Source: Antedon mediterranea (Eukaryota; Animalia; Echinodermata). From it: a DNA stretch of 64,000 nucleotides. Below are positions 63,601-64,000 of this stretch, piece after piece. The DNA lies in contig NC_092673.1 of assembly GCF_964355755.1 (NCBI RefSeq), positions 16,278,948 to 16,342,947 on the forward strand, in the 5' to 3' direction. Below the pieces are notes generated by a model. It worked only from the letters and a program-made list of their open reading frames with translations, did no database searches and was not told the DNA's origin. Numbering within the stretch: the stretch's first letter is position 1; each line of letters opens with the position of its first letter. A program made the translations under genes and the position numbers.

Positions 63601-63773
63601 CAGCAAAAAACAATTTCACATGTTTGTTGTCATTATTTATAAACTCCATTATGATTCCTTTCCAGGATTGTGACACTCCATTACATTCATATCTGAGGAA
63701 AGGATATACACCTACCTTAGCAATAGTGACGTGTCTCATTCAGCATGGGGCACCAGTAGCATTGCAAAATGAG
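60611..63773 (+). CDS. 5' part of an ankyrin-repeat protein gene (3'-incomplete)
   Basis: Exons 60532-60618 (ATG at 60611), 61019-61112 and 63666-63773 splice to MERKDLVEALSWHDLKTIKQICKTQPGLLKSIDE-DCDTPLHSYLRKGYTPTLAIVTCLIQHGAPVALQNE, with the ankyrin TPLH...IV..LI..GA pattern. Confidence 0.78.
61245..62648. repeat. Intronic minisatellite, about 71 bp, about 20 copies
   Basis: cacactgatgatggaggtataacctgcatgyactgattaacmacattaggctaaaaataataatataaata. Confidence 0.97.
63486..63536 (+). pseudogene. Truncated duplicate ankyrin exon
   Basis: Same acceptor as 63666 (attcctttccag); reads DGDTPLHSYLWSEYPC*. Confidence 0.7.
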
Positions 63774-64000
63774 GTAAATGTACAAGGATTTGCTAGTCTA
63801 ATAGGCTAACATTATATAGATCTGCTGAAGTAAACCATTTAATGAGAGAAAAAAGTAAGCACATTAACAAAAATCAAATTTGATTAAAACAAACCAAATA
63901 AAAATAGTTATATATGATTTATGATCTGATTTAAAGTGTACAGTTACCTATCATATAACATAAATCTTTAATTTTCTTAATGAACAAAAAAAATTTTTTT

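Overview
AT-rich, intron-containing animal genomic DNA (probably a marine invertebrate; the taxon is inferred), not prokaryotic. Main result: splicing by hand gives the 3' part of a + strand gene (exons 2153-27581). It encodes a disordered acidic region built from duplicated phase-1 exons, a ZU5 domain with an intact HFS autoproteolysis motif, a UPA-like domain, tandem death-effector-like domains, a Gly/Ser linker and a polybasic CaaX end (QKEKRRCKLL*). This resembles a membrane-anchored, self-cleaving PIDD/CARD8-like death sensor with DED output; the function is inference. An ankyrin-repeat gene begins at about 60611. The rest is transposon and repeat DNA: three LINEs (one with a 2A-like motif, one near-intact Rex/Babar-like), a solo LTR, Helitron-like elements (one hairpin loop is inverted between two near-identical copies), 5S- and tRNA-derived SINE heads, many MITEs, an internally deleted IS3EU-like transposon with a SAM/E3-ligase-type cargo gene, and nine minisatellites. 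All coordinates and family calls were read by eye; no searches were run.
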